Below the pieces are notes generated by a model, which ran no database searches, was not told the origin of the DNA, and saw nothing but the letters and a program-made list of their open reading frames with translations. Shown one piece after another: positions 1-11,734 of a DNA stretch of 64,000 nucleotides. The DNA lies in assembly GCA_951406725.2 (NCBI GenBank), contig OX597836.1:20336001-20400000 (forward strand). The letters are read 5' to 3'. The translations under genes were made by a program, and so were the position numbers. Source of the stretch: Octopus vulgaris. Its lineage: Eukaryota. Every line of letters begins with the position of its first letter. Position 1 is the first letter of the stretch.

Positions 1-426
1 AGTACTGGGGTTGATGTAATCAACTAGCTCTTCCCATCGAAATTGCTAACTGAGTGTTAAAATTTGAAACCATTATTATTACTGTGTGTGTTAGTGTGTA
101 AATGCGAGTAGTGATGGGTCACATAAAACAAAAACAAAACATTCATTGTCTCTTTATTCCAAGGTTGATTCTGCCTATTTCTCCTTAAGAGGTCAATAGG
201 ATATGTATTAGACTGATACCAGTACTAATCAACTAAAATCTTTGAAATTGGTGCCCTAGTATGGCCAGAGTCCAATGATGACTAGAAAATAATAATAATA
301 GTGATATGATATTTAATATATCTTTCTTTCTTTCTTTTTTTTAATTATTGTTTTTATTTTTGTTTTATAATAATAATGATGAAATAATCCATAAATATTT
401 CATTGTTTCTCTTTTTTTTGTGTCAG

Positions 427-540
427 AATGCTCTGATGACCATTGGAAATGTAATAATGGGCAATGTATTCCTGTGTCTTGGAAATGTGATGGTGCCAAA
501 GACTGTGAAGATGGATCCGATGAAACATTAATCACATGTA
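427..540 (+). CDS. LRP1: LRP1-like receptor, exon 1 of window (gene is 5'-partial): LDLa repeat
   Basis: cag|AA...TGT A|gtaagt; [38 protein letters not shown] has the 6-Cys LDLa pattern with DCxDGSDE; phase 1-1. Confidence 0.93.
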
Positions 541-789
541 GTAAGTGATTTCAAAATTAATAAAAAATTCTACTATTATTATTTATGTTAACCTCCCATC
601 TTTATGCCTAATGAGAGAACTGCTTCAACCATGGAAAAAACACAAAAAAACCTGTTCAATTCTATCACATGTCTACAAGCTTATGACTGACAAACTCTCA
701 CCATATCTGTTTAAAAGGTTATTAATGGCCAATTCTTATAGTCCTTAGTTTTTGGGGATTTTTTTTTCCCTTTCATGTTGAACTTATGG

Positions 790-970
790 ACAGATCCAGG
801 AAGATGTGGGATGAGGTGGTGAAATATGGAGGCGATGACAAGTAACTGAGACTTTTGACAATTTGCTGTGCTTAAGAGGGCAGATCAAGCTAAGGGAAAT
901 TGTAGCCATGGTCAGTGTTGGTGACACATGAAATGCAGCCACGCTGGTGATGTGTAAAAACCCTGTGCCA
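790..970 (+). mobile_element. Decayed 3' end of RTE-clade LINE ORF
   Basis: Translates to R(P/S)RKMWDEVVK...EAMTSNxDF, matching the C-terminus RPRKTWDEVVK...EAMTEDRDL of the RTE at 57185-57853. Confidence 0.65.
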
Positions 971-1426
971 TTGACAGTTGTTCATTGGATAACAATTGGG
1001 TTTGCACACATGATCGAACTGTGATTTCTAAGTGGCAAAATGCAAGATCGACTCCAATACTATACAGCCAGCAGTGTAATTTCTTAAGAAATATGCTTAT
1101 ATGAGAATTAACCAATGCTGGTTGAGTTTCTCTCAATCTCTTGAAATACTACAGAAACCAGAGATGCGGTTTAACTGTATCAGTCCTAATCGTCATTATC
1201 AGCATCATCATTTCAACTCTATTTTGGAAGGTGTTTCTGCCAGTCTAATGCCAGTTTTCTATTCTGGAGATACAGAAAGTAATTAGCAACGATTTGATAA
1301 ATGTGATGTTTTTTCGCTGCATTGTTACGCCAGATCAGTAACAAATAAAAACGCTTCTAAATAAACAGCATTTTTACACCATTTAAAGTATATTTTCATG
1401 GGTTTTTTTTTCTTTTTCTTTTTTAG

Positions 1427-1540
1427 CCAACACCACTTGTCAACCTTCGGATTTCGCTTGCTCTGATAACATTTGTATCCGGAACATTGCTGTGTGTGAT
1501 GGGGATATTGATTGTCCTGATGGATCGGATGAAGTAGGCT
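1427..1540 (+). CDS. LRP1: LRP1-like exon 2: LDLa repeat
   Basis: poly-T tag|CC...GGC T|gtaagt; [37 protein letters not shown](C); not in ORF track. Confidence 0.93.
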
Positions 1541-1696
1541 GTAAGTTAGAATATTAACTTTTTACCTCATGTTTTGACTTGATTTATTTCGTTGTTGTTT
1601 ATGAAGTTAACCTCATCTGAACTGGACAGTGATGAGGTTTATCTAAATAAGGTTGTTATTAAATGGACCAAATAACTGTTACGTGTAGGTAATTAA

Positions 1697-1925
1697 TTAA
1701 CCCTTTAGCATTCAGATTATTCTGTCAAATATTATATATATATTCATCCATATTGTTTTAAGCTAATCATGCATTATTTCGTAGCTTTAAGATTTCGATG
1801 ATGTTATCACCTGTTTTTAGATTAACATTATAGGTTGGTGTGAGATACCAAATCCGGGCAGTTTTAACAGAAAACAGGTAGATTATTTGGGCCGGAAATG
1901 GACGGTTTAAACACTAAAGGGTTAA
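1697..1925. mobile_element. piggyBac-like MITE, family 1
   Basis: TTAA-CCCTTTAG...CTAAAGGG-TTAA termini; related copies near 2315, 9000, 17800, 20700, 26830, 29105, 48020, 62475, 63490. Confidence 0.85.
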
Positions 1926-2450
1926 ACTGTGCAATAAATATTTTTAGTTTCTCAAAATATGAAACCACATGACCCAGTGGTCTCATGTGCATAAAGTTGC
2001 AGGTCCTAAATGTCCTAAGTGTCCATGCTGGTTTTCAGACTTTTAATCATCCCTTCTTTCACATGTTTTGAGTAATATAAAGCTTCCCTTTCCTAAGTCC
2101 CAACTTACTCTGATGGTTTGAAAAATATTGGGAATGTGTATCGTATGTGATACACAGGACAAGCAAAGAGTTAATAGAAATAAAAGGAATGCAGTGGATA
2201 ATGTAGTTCTAAATACATGAAAGTGAAAATTGAAAGAATATTAGATGTCATTGTAAGGTCTTTATTTATTAGCTGTGCTTGATGAGAGCTGATCTGGAGC
2301 TAAGCATCACTGTCTAACCTTTCAGCATCCAAACCAACCATATCCAGCTGAAATATTCTGCCTGATTTATGTTCAAACCAGCCAGATCCAGCCACTCACA
2401 CCTACCCTATAATGTCATTCTAAAAATAAACAAGCACATCATTGAAATGT

Positions 2451-2679
2451 TTAACCCTTTCGTTACCAACCCGGCTGAAACCGGCTCTGGCTCTTTAGTA
2501 CAAATGTCTGGTTTTCAAAAGTTCTGAATTAAATCCTTCCACCAAACCTTAGTCACAATTTATGTCCCTAACTCCAGCTTAATGATAACGATGCTATTTT
2601 ACTTAATTCTTTGTTATATTTAAAATAATTGGAAGAAACACTGGGCATCTCAGAATAAATTCAGTAACGAAAGGGTTAA
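2451..2679. mobile_element. piggyBac-like MITE, family 2, nested in a family-1 copy
   Basis: TTAA-CCCTTTCGTTAC...GTAACGAAAGGG-TTAA; inverted-orientation copy at 54240-54468. Confidence 0.88.
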
Positions 2680-2853
2680 GCTATAAGAAGATGTATGATG
2701 AATTCGAAATAATGTAAATAAATATAAGTATGACATTTGACAATAATCTGAAGGATTAGTTCCATTAAGAAATACATGGTTTGTGTTTTTTAAAAAAAAT
2801 ATTTTAAAATTATTTACTTTTCTTGTTTTGTTTCTCTCTCATTTCTTGTACAG

Positions 2854-2994
2854 GTAATAAAGTGACACCACGTTACAACTGTAAGATTACAGATTTTAAA
2901 TGTATCAACAGTTCCGGCTGTATTCCTATGGCACACATATGCAACAGAGTCAAAGACTGCCTTGATGGTTCTGATGAGCTTGAAAGTATTTGTT
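2854..2994 (+). CDS. LRP1: LRP1-like exon 3: LDLa repeat
   Basis: cag|GT completes the Cys codon split from exon 2; NKVTPRYNCKITDFKCINSSGCIPMAHICNRVKDCLDGSDELESIC; donor gtaagt. Confidence 0.93.
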
Positions 2995-4184
2995 GTAAGT
3001 GTCTGGGATTTTCTTTTCTTTTTTTTTTTTTTTTGTTTTTTGCTCCTTAATTCTTTTGTCTCGACTTGATGTAGCTAAGAGGTTATTTGAAAAATTATTG
3101 TTTTAATTTAAATATTAGAAAGCATAGCTGTGAGAGAAATATAACAGTGTTAGTACATTCTTTCTATGTTTTTGTTGTGTGAAAAAAAAGTGGTGGAGAG
3201 TCTTCCGACAGACTGTTTCACAATTTGTTAATTGCTCTTCAGAGATTACATGTATTCTTCACATCTTCAAAAGCATAGAGCCTACAGATCTGTTGACATG
3301 AAATCGTTGTTGGTTTCACTGATTGTAGCTCAGTACTGTTTCATATTAAGCACTCCGGATGTAAACATTGGCACACCCACATAACAGGCCCCTTCCTCTC
3401 ACATTCACTCACAAGTCATTGGTGGACCCAGGGCTGTACCTTAAACCCCATGCTTGCAAAGTGAACTTCTTAATCAAGCATTCTACAATTTATTTTATTT
3501 CTTCTATCTTTTAGTTTTTACTTGTTTCGGTTATTAAACTGTGGCCACGCTGAGCCACCACCTTAGAGAATTACTTATTTTTATTTTAAACTTAGTACTT
3601 ATTCTATCAGTCTCTTTTGCCAAACCATTAAGTTACAGGGATGTAAACACACCAGCACTGGTTGCTAAACAGTGGTGGGGGACAAACACATGCATGCACA
3701 CACGCGTGCGCGACAGGTTTCTTTCAGTTTCTGTCTACCAAATCTACTCACAAGGCTTTGGTCAGCTTGAAGATTTATATAGTAGGAGACATTTGCCCAA
3801 GGTGCTGGTTGGGAAGCAATTCCCTGAGAACTACATTAAAGGTATGCCCCACGGTGAGCTGGCAGAAACGTTAGCACGCCGGGCGAAATGAGTTCAAATT
3901 CCGCCGAGGTCGACTTTGCCTATCATCCTTTCGGGGTCAATAAATTAAGTAGCAGTTATGCACTGGGGTCTTGTTGATCATATTACCTGGAACACTTGTC
4001 ATCATAACCGATAGAGAGCCAAGATATCTTTATAAGAAATCAGTCTTATGATTGATTGATTGATTCTAGTTTCAGCTCATGAGCTGTGGCCATGCTGGGG
4101 CACCGCCATTATGTTAGTTGTTTGTTTTTTTTTTTATTGCTCTCTATTGTTTCGTGTTTTTATTTTTTTTTTTCCCTCCCCCAG

Positions 4185-4307
4185 CTACTGCAGAAACTTG
4201 TTCCATATCCAATACCTGTGCTCAGATATGTGAGAAATACTCTGTTGGCTTCAAATGCAGTTGTAACACTGGAACTAAACTTGCCAATGATGGTGTCTCT
4301 TGCATAG
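4185..4307 (+). CDS. LRP1: LRP1-like exon 4: EGF-like domain
   Basis: ccag|CT...ATA G|gtatgt; TAETCSISNTCAQICEKYSVGFKCSCNTGTKLANDGVSCI. Confidence 0.92.
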   Translation, partial: LLQKLVPYPIPVLRYVRNTLLASNAVVTLELNLPMMVSLA

Positions 4308-5091
4308 GTATGTGAAATAAATTCCGTTTTTTAAATGCCGTCTTCATTTTAAAGCATTGCCTTTTTTGTTGTCCATCCACCAACACCCCACTCTCCCACT
4401 ATTAACTGTGATTACTTCGCTGCCTTCACTTGTAAGCAAATATGACCCTTGCAGCTTGTATAATGCTTTTGATAATTGTTTAAATTACCTATTTAGCCAT
4501 GAGTAAACCTTTCTTGGCCCTCTCACACTTGATCCAGTGCAACAGCAAAAGCTGGAGAGGAAGACACACACAGAAAGTAGGAAGCAGCAGCACTTGGCTG
4601 CCACACATTTTCAACTGAGCAGGCAGGAGCAACGTGAAATGATGTACCTTGCTCAAGAACACACTGTGCTACTCAGTCCAGGAGCCGATTACCCTATCCC
4701 AATGGTTCCCAACCAGGGTCCATCAAAGATTTTGTTATCTCCAATAAATTGGTTATACTTCTACAATGCACAAAATATTTTAATAATTATTTTTATACAA
4801 TTTCTAATAATATTTAATAATAAAAATACAATGTGAATTTTTAAACATCAAATGGCTTTGAGTTTTGAGGGCCCATCTGAGTAAAATAGGAAACACTGAT
4901 CAGAAGCGCTCAGGGAATCTTCCAGTCATATTTACCTTACATGGAAACATTATCTTCAGTGAGCTCCATTGAATGGATTAAAAGACACCAAAGTGACATA
5001 TCCCAACATGAAATCAGTGTCTTCATTTCCCTCATCACCCTTCACCCATTTCCGTTGACATTCTCATTTTGACTTCTTATTTCAATTTCAG

Positions 5092-5223
5092 ATGTAAATG
5101 AATGTCAACTGCATGGCTATTGTCCACAACTCTGCACCAACTTTTACGGTGGTTATAACTGTTCGTGTGAGAAAAACTTTGTTCCAATGTATGAAAACCA
5201 CCGGTTTGAATGCAAGGCCAATG
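5092..5223 (+). CDS. LRP1: LRP1-like exon 5: calcium-binding EGF domain
   Basis: cag|AT...AAT G|gtaaga; DVNECQLHGYCPQLCTNFYGGYNCSCEKNFVPMYENHRFECKAN (DxNEC, CxNxxGxYxC). Confidence 0.92.
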
Positions 5224-6258
5224 GTAAGAGTTTATTGCATAACCCCTTAGCATTCAGATTACTCTGTCAAATCTAATGCTTATTTATTCTCATTGTTTTT
5301 AAGTTGATCATATACTATCTTATCGCCTCAATAGTTAAATCATGGGATTGTTTATCTTTAGATAAGTATTTCAAGAGTGCTGGTCCCACATAAAAAGTAC
5401 TGATGGTGGAGCCACGTAAAAAGCACCCAGTACACTCTGTAAAATAGTTGACATTAGGAAGGGCATCATCATTGTTTAACGTCCGCTTTCCGTGCTAGCA
5501 CGGGTTGGATGGTTCGACCGGGGTCTGGGAAGCCAGGAGGCTCCAGTCTGATCTGGCAGTGTTTCTACAGCTGGATGCCCTTCCTGGTGCCAACCACTCC
5601 GTGAGTGTAGTGGGTGCTTTTTACGTGCCACCGACCAGCTGTAGAAATCAAGCCAAAAGAGACTATGAAATCTGGTGTAGCCCCTGTCCTTACCAGTTCC
5701 TGTGAAGCCATTCAATCCATGCCAGCATGGAAAATGGATGTTAAATGCTAATAATGATGTGTCTATATAGTTGTGAGTAGACATAGACACCTTCTCAACC
5801 CTCCCGTCCTTGACTCAGCAGAACATTAAAAACATGACAACGGGAAGGTGAGATAGGATGGGTTTCACCAGTACTCAGCTGGTACTCATTTTCACTGGTG
5901 CTGTGTGAAAGGAAGTGATTTGCTCAAGGACGCAGCACACTGCCCAGGATAGGGATTGAACCAACTATAATATGATTGTAATCTGCGTGCATTCACAAAG
6001 AAGAGGATACTAGACCGAATAAAATTGTTTAAATTTATCATAAACTTTTGGTAACAGTCAGATATTATGGCAGTCAGGAATAACACAATAAGTAGGTGAA
6101 AATTAGAGATTAAACCAAATGAAATGTGGAAGACACTGGGACAAGATGCCATGCTGTGACATTAGACCCAAAACCAAATGTTTAGGAAGTGTACCTCTTT
6201 ACCATTCAGCTATGTCTGTGTCTGTTGCTTAATAATATTTTCTTCTAACACAATCTTA

Positions 6259-6596
6259 TCATCATCATCATCGTCATCGTTTAATGTCCGTTCTCCATGC
6301 TAGCATGGGTTGGACAGTTCGACCGGGGATCTGGGAAGCCAGAAGGCTGCACCAGGCTCCAGTCTGATCTGGCAGTGTTTCTACAGCTGGATGCCCTTCC
6401 TAACGCCAACCACTCCGTGAGTGTAGTGGGTGCTTTCTACGTGCCACCGGCACAGGTGCCAGGCGAGGCTGGCAATGGCCACAATCGGATTGGTGCTTTT
6501 TACATGCCACCGGCATGGAAGCCAGTCAAGGCGGTGCTGGCATCGGCCACGTTCGGATGGTGCTTTTTACGTGCCACCGGCACAGGGATCACAACT
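6259..6596 (-). mobile_element. 5'-truncated RTE-LINE 3'UTR copy with (GAT)n tail
   Basis: (CAT)n-CGTTTAA...CATGCTAGCATGGGTTGGAC...CTGGATGCCCTTCCTAACGCCAACC plus TTTTACGTGCCACCGGCAC sub-repeats; other copies near 5465, 14965, 15472, 45332. Confidence 0.8.
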
Positions 6597-6731
6597 TGGT
6601 AACAATTCAAAATAGCCTTCAAATATGAAAACAAAAATCCTCTTTCCCCTGCTCCAGATGATCTTATCTGTAACAATATAATGATTACCTTGATCTGATT
6701 TTTAATTTAATTCCTTCTCTTGTCCTTGTAG

Positions 6732-6820
6732 GCGAAGATGCTTTCTTATTGATAGCTGAAGAGAACACCCTTCATGTCAGTAGCCCATCGAGGGACATTG
6801 AGAAACTCAGGGTTTGGACA
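6732..6820 (+). CDS. LRP1: LRP1-like exon 6: start of beta-propeller
   Basis: tag|GC...ACA|gtcagt; GEDAFLLIAEENTLHVSSPSRDIEKLRVWT resembles the 'LLIA' first strand; phase 1-0 fits both neighbours (an alternative donor after 6811 is also in phase). Confidence 0.82.
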
Positions 6821-7868
6821 GTCAGTAACTGCTTTTAACTTTTATTTCTTTCCTTTTTTTATAATGTATTCATTGTTCAGTTTTTCTTCAAAACATTTTG
6901 ACCTTCTTGTTTCCAGCATTTTGGTGGCCATGTAATTAAGGGTATTCAGCTCATGATTGTAAGGTCAGGAGTTTGAGACACCAAAGCACATTGTGTCCTT
7001 CAGCAAGACACTTCACTTCACATGGCTCCAGATCACTCAGATGGCAATAACGTGTTGTACTTGTAATTCAAAGGGCCGGCCTTGTCACATTCTGTGTCAT
7101 GCTGAATCTCTCTGAGAACCATGTATCTATGGAGTACTCAGCCACCTGTACATTAGTTTCATAAGCAAGCTGTTCCATTGATTTGATCAACTAGAAACCT
7201 CATTATCACAACTGACAAAGAATCTGTCTCTTTGAAGTTCCTATCAGTAAGATTGATGAATTCTTTAGAGCAGCATTTGGCAACTAAGATTCCTCAAGAT
7301 GTTGTTGGAGGTTCTGTAAAATAATAGAAAGAAATAGATACAGTGTATGTAATTGAAACAGCATTAAATTAAAATAGTCTTCAGTGTACTGCACTTAAGG
7401 TATATACACCATTGAAAGGCATGATGCTTGACATTTGTCTGAGAGAAAATCTCTTCAAAGACATGTGTTAAAAACCCTATATATATATATGTGCGTACCT
7501 ACACACACACACACACACATACCTACATACATACATAAATATTGGGGCAAGGCAAACCCCTAAGAATACCAGATGCATTTTGGTCTTTTCAGGCCTTGTT
7601 ATTGATGTGTACCTGTTTGTCACATGTCTAAATGAAGTTTGTTTCCTCCGATCTACAAGGAACAGATAAATAATTATACATTCACTGATATCGCAAAAAG
7701 TTTGCTGGACTTTATAAAGTTGGTGAATGCAATTAAAACAAAATTAAATTAAATTACAATAACCATCTGCAAAACATTTCAAGAAATGAACAAGGAAAGC
7801 AAAAGGAAAAGTCCCCTCAGCTAAATGGGTGGACTATTTGAAAGATGGGGAGAGGTGGTTTTCGACTG

Positions 7869-7908
<40 letters not shown>

Positions 7909-8079
7909 GTGTGTGTACATATATATTTGTGTGTATTTGTTTGTCTCCCCCTCCCCCACTGCTTGACAACCAGACTTAAAAATGGATATTAGGGTTTATT
8001 TGTTTGACTAAACTCTTCAAGAAAGTACCCCAGCATGGCCACAGTCCAATGACTGAAACTAATAAAAAGAAAGATACAC

Positions 8080-8242
8080 AGGCGCAGGAGTGGCTGTGTG
8101 GTAAGTAGCTTGCTAACCAACCACATGGTTCCGGGTTCAGTCCCACTGCATGGCATCTTGGGCAAGTGTCTTCTGCTATAGCCTCGGGTCGACCAAAGCC
8201 TTGTGAGTGGATTTGGTAGACGGAAACTGAAAGAAGCCTGTC

Positions 8243-8287
<45 letters not shown>

Positions 8288-8490
8288 AGTGTGTGTGTTT
8301 GTCCCCCTAGCATTGCTTGACAACCGATGCTGGTGTGTTTACGTCCCACGTAACTTAGCGGTTCGGCCAAAGAGAAAGATAGAATAAGTACTGTGCTTAC
8401 AAAGAATAAGTCCCGGGGTCGATTTGCTCGACTAAAGGCGGTGCTCCAGTATGGCCGCAGTCAAATGACTGAAACAAATAAAAGAGTAAA
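8080..8490 (+). mobile_element. tRNA-derived SINE family A (central TA/TG microsatellite)
   Basis: A-box TGGCTGTGTGG, B-box GGTTCAGTCCC, CORE-like CTTGGGCAAGTG, tail ...GACTGAAACAAGTAAAAGAGTAAA; near-identical copies elsewhere in the window. Confidence 0.9.
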
Positions 8491-8726
8491 AGAAAGAAAT
8501 GCTTACCTAGACACAAATAAACTCCATAAATCACATTATAATTTGTCAAATAAATACCCAAATAAATAACCCAACCTTCTCTGTCAAATGGATGATCATC
8601 ATGGCTTGTTTCACTTTCTGTTTCTGTTTTTCCCCTTCAAAAACTTTGACGAATTCCATTCAATCGAATATTTACACCGAAACTATTATGCTTATTTATT
8701 CCTATATTTATTTATTTATTTTCCAG

Positions 8727-8870
8727 CACAAAAAAGGAGAGAAAATCTCCAGTATTCAGCTCGACATCGATGCAAATGTCGTCTTCATGTTGCTGAATGG
8801 CGAGATTACTAAGATGGGTCTTCCTGTTGTTAACATCAAGAAAAGAGATACTTATCAGTCAAATATACAA
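8727..8870 (+). CDS. LRP1: LRP1-like exon 7: propeller blade with basic KKR motif
   Basis: ccag|CAC...CAA|gtgagt; HKKGEKISSIQLDIDANVVFMLLNGEITKMGLPVVNIKKRDTYQSNIQ; phase 0-0. Confidence 0.85.
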
Positions 8871-9283
8871 GTGAGTTTGCTGTTCAATAAATGTCTAATA
8901 ATATCAATAAACTCCTAAATTCAGATTTGACATCATAAAGCATCAGTCAGAGACAGCAAAGAGTGAAGCCGACAGACTCCCTGGCATGGCTAAGTCCTTT
9001 AGCATTTAGACTACTTTGTCGAATGTGATGTTTATTTATTCACATTGTTTTGAGTTAACCCTTTTTTGCATTTACAGTGTTTTGTCAAAAGTAATTGTTT
9101 TTTATTCACATTGTTTTGAATTAATCATGATGGTATTGTAGGGTTTATGTGAGAGGCCAGATCTGGCCAGTTTGAACATAAAGCAGATGGAATACTTTGG
9201 CTGAATATGGCTAAAAGGATAATCATGCCCAAGAAAAGGCTATCAAATATTTGTTTGTACCTTTTGTTAATTTTTTTTTACAT

Positions 9284-9450
9284 AGGTGCAGGAGTGGCTG
9301 TGTGGTAAGTAGCTTGCTTACCAACCACATGCTTCTGGGTTCAGTCCCACTGCGTGGCACCTTCGGGCAAGTGTCTTCTACTATAGCCTCGGGCCGACCA
9401 AAGCCTTGTGAGTGGATTTGGTAGACGGAAACTGAAAGAAGCCTGTTGTG

Positions 9451-9505
<55 letters not shown>

Positions 9506-9707
9506 TTGTGTGTCTGTGTTTGTCCCCACAAAATCGCTTGACAACCGATGCTGGTGTGTTCATGTCCCCGTAACTTAGCGGTTCGGCAAAAGGGGCCGAT
9601 AGAATAAGTACTAGGCTTACAAAGAATAAGTCCTGTGGTCAATTTGCTCGACTAAAGGTGGTGCTCCAGTATGGCCGCAGTCAAATGACTGAAGCAAGTA
9701 AAAGAGT
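9284..9707 (+). mobile_element. SINE family A
   Basis: Full-length copy highly similar to 8080-8490. Confidence 0.9.
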
Positions 9708-10590
9708 ATATAGACTTATTTTGTCAGTAGATGTTTAAATAACAATAATTTGCAATTGTCATCATCATCGTTTAAACATCCCTGTTCTATGCTCGCTTAG
9801 GTTGGATGGTTTGACAAAATCTGATCGGTCCAGGACTGCTTTGTGCTCTAGTGTCTTGTTCTGGTGCCCTTCCTAACACCAACAACTTTCAAGCAGGTAC
9901 CAACTGCTTCTTTGTGCTACCAGAACTAGTGAGGTCACCATACAGCCTGCAAGACTATGAACTAGAAGGGCTTTATACTAGAAAATGAAAGGTTAAAGTA
10001 CAAGAGAAGAGGTCACATTTTCAATAAAAGCAGGAATATATATTGGTGTTGTATTATATTACCATGTTGCAGTAAATATATCAAATCGCATCCTGAAAAT
10101 CTCCATCACTTTCACTATCAAAATACTATTCCTCATTGGACAAAAATTCAAAATCCTCTATATATTCATCCAAATACGACTCAGTTTTTTTTCTTTTTTT
10201 TCTTCTTTCTTTTATATTTTGCAAGTTTTTAGTGTAAATCCTTCTAAGTTGTAACTGTTGCTTGTTGAAGCCATACCAGTAATTACAAAAACAAAATGGA
10301 TCTCCATTTCAAATGTTGAAAAAAAAAAAAAGAAAAGAAAATGTTGAAAACTTTTTTAGTATTTATTTAGATTGAAATTGCTTTATCTCGCATTTGCAAG
10401 AGTTTGATGATGTTGTGATGATGATGATGCGCATTATCTCGTATGTGAAATTACATCATTGTGTAAGTCTTATAGACTGGATCTGGCTGGTTTGAACATA
10501 GAACAGAATATTTGGAAGTACTTGGTTCAAATCCTAAAGGATTAAACTACATATCTAGAAATTGGTACTTTTTATGTCTAAAAGAGTCTG

Positions 10591-10839
10591 TTTATATCAT
10601 CATCATCATCGTTTAACGTCCGCTTTCCATGCTAGCATGGGTTGGACGGTGCAACTGGGGTCTGTGAAGCCAGAAGGCTGCACCAGGCCCAGTCTGATCT
10701 GGCAATGTTTCTACGGCTGGATTGCCAGATCAGACTGGGCCTGGTGCAGCCTTCTGGCTTCACAGACCCCAGTTGCACCGTCCAACCCATGCTAGCATTG
10801 AAAGCGGACGTTTAACGATGATGATGATGATGATATAAA
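10591..10839. repeat. Near-perfect inverted repeat (hairpin) made of two RTE tails
   Basis: Arms about 115 bp, loop GTTTCTACGGCTGG, two substitutions and one repeat-unit difference seen by eye. Confidence 0.95.
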
Positions 10840-11073
10840 TTGACTCTATAAAATTAGTGTTATAGAGGGCACTAGCGGTACAGACAAAACATTAAATATC
10901 TAACAGTGGCAAAAATACACATTATTGCTACACATTCCTCTCATCACTCATGCTTCTCACTCTGTGAAGAGACCAGTGAACAGACACACCTCATACTCTC
11001 ACAGTGAGCGGGCCCTTTAATGTGTGTCTCATTCTTTCTCTTATTCGCTCTCTCTTTCTCTCTCACATACTAG

Positions 11074-11276
11074 GATGTTAAACCTGTTACCTTGAAATTC
11101 TACAGACCAGTTGAACCAGTTGATCTTGCCATAGACTGGGTTGATAAACACATCTACTGGACTGACCATGCTGTTCGAGGGATCCGCATGGCTGATTATA
11201 ATGGTACCTACATGCATACCTTTACCAGAAGCAGATACTTGAGTCCTTATGCCATTGCTGTTGATCCAATACACAA
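11074..11276 (+). CDS. LRP1: LRP1-like exon 8: YWTD repeat
   Basis: tag|GAT...CAC AA|gtaagt; ...PVDLAIDWVDKHIYWTDHAVRGIRMADYNG...PYAIAVDPIH. Confidence 0.95.
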
Positions 11277-11387
11277 GTAAGTCACCCATTTCTGATTTTT
11301 TTTTTTTGCTAGTGGTTAATTATTTATTTATTACGGAGATGTACTCGCATAGCAAGTGATTTGATCTGAGTTCGTGTGCTGGAACGA

Positions 11388-11675
11388 AAACAATTGCAGC
11401 GTGGAAGGTGTTTGTAAGCCATTTAAGAAACACACAAAAGCCGTTCGATTCACTTCAACATTTAAGTTTAATTTGTCAAAACATTTTCGTCGCTTTGAGA
11501 CCGCGACCTGTTCACTGACAAAAATCCATGCAGCACGGATTTTTGTCAGTGAACAGGTCGCGGATTTTAGCGACGAAAATATTTTGACAAATTAAACTTA
11601 AATGTTGAAGTGAATCGAACGGCTTTTGTGTGTTTCTTAAATGGCTTACAAACACCTTCCACGCTGCAATTGTTT
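11388..11675. repeat. Near-perfect palindrome of about 288 bp in intron 8
   Basis: AAACAATTGCAGCGTGGAAGG...AAAAATCC ATGCAGCAC GGATTTTT...CCTTCCACGCTGCAATTGTTT. Confidence 0.95.
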
Positions 11676-11734
11676 ATTTATTTTAGATTGAATTAATGGA
11701 CGGCTTTCTATTTTTTCTTTCTTTTTGCCCTTAG

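Noticed and set aside
2851-2860. AG|GTAATA at the exon 3 acceptor, like a recursive splice site
   Set aside because: The GT is required to complete a conserved Cys codon, the donor match is weak and the introns are short
6297-6615. Recurrent ORFs with FLQLDALPNANHSVSVVGAFYVPP (also near 5505, 15520, 43645, 45340)
   Set aside because: Antisense translation of the RTE 3'UTR repeat
8081-8150. tRNA-like sequences with A and B boxes (many copies)
   Set aside because: SINE heads followed by SINE bodies; no complete cloverleaf
7976-8370. Recurrent ORFs with [20 protein letters not shown] (also near 9223, 31556, 39655, 47415, 61162)
   Set aside because: Antisense translation of SINE family A, not a protein family
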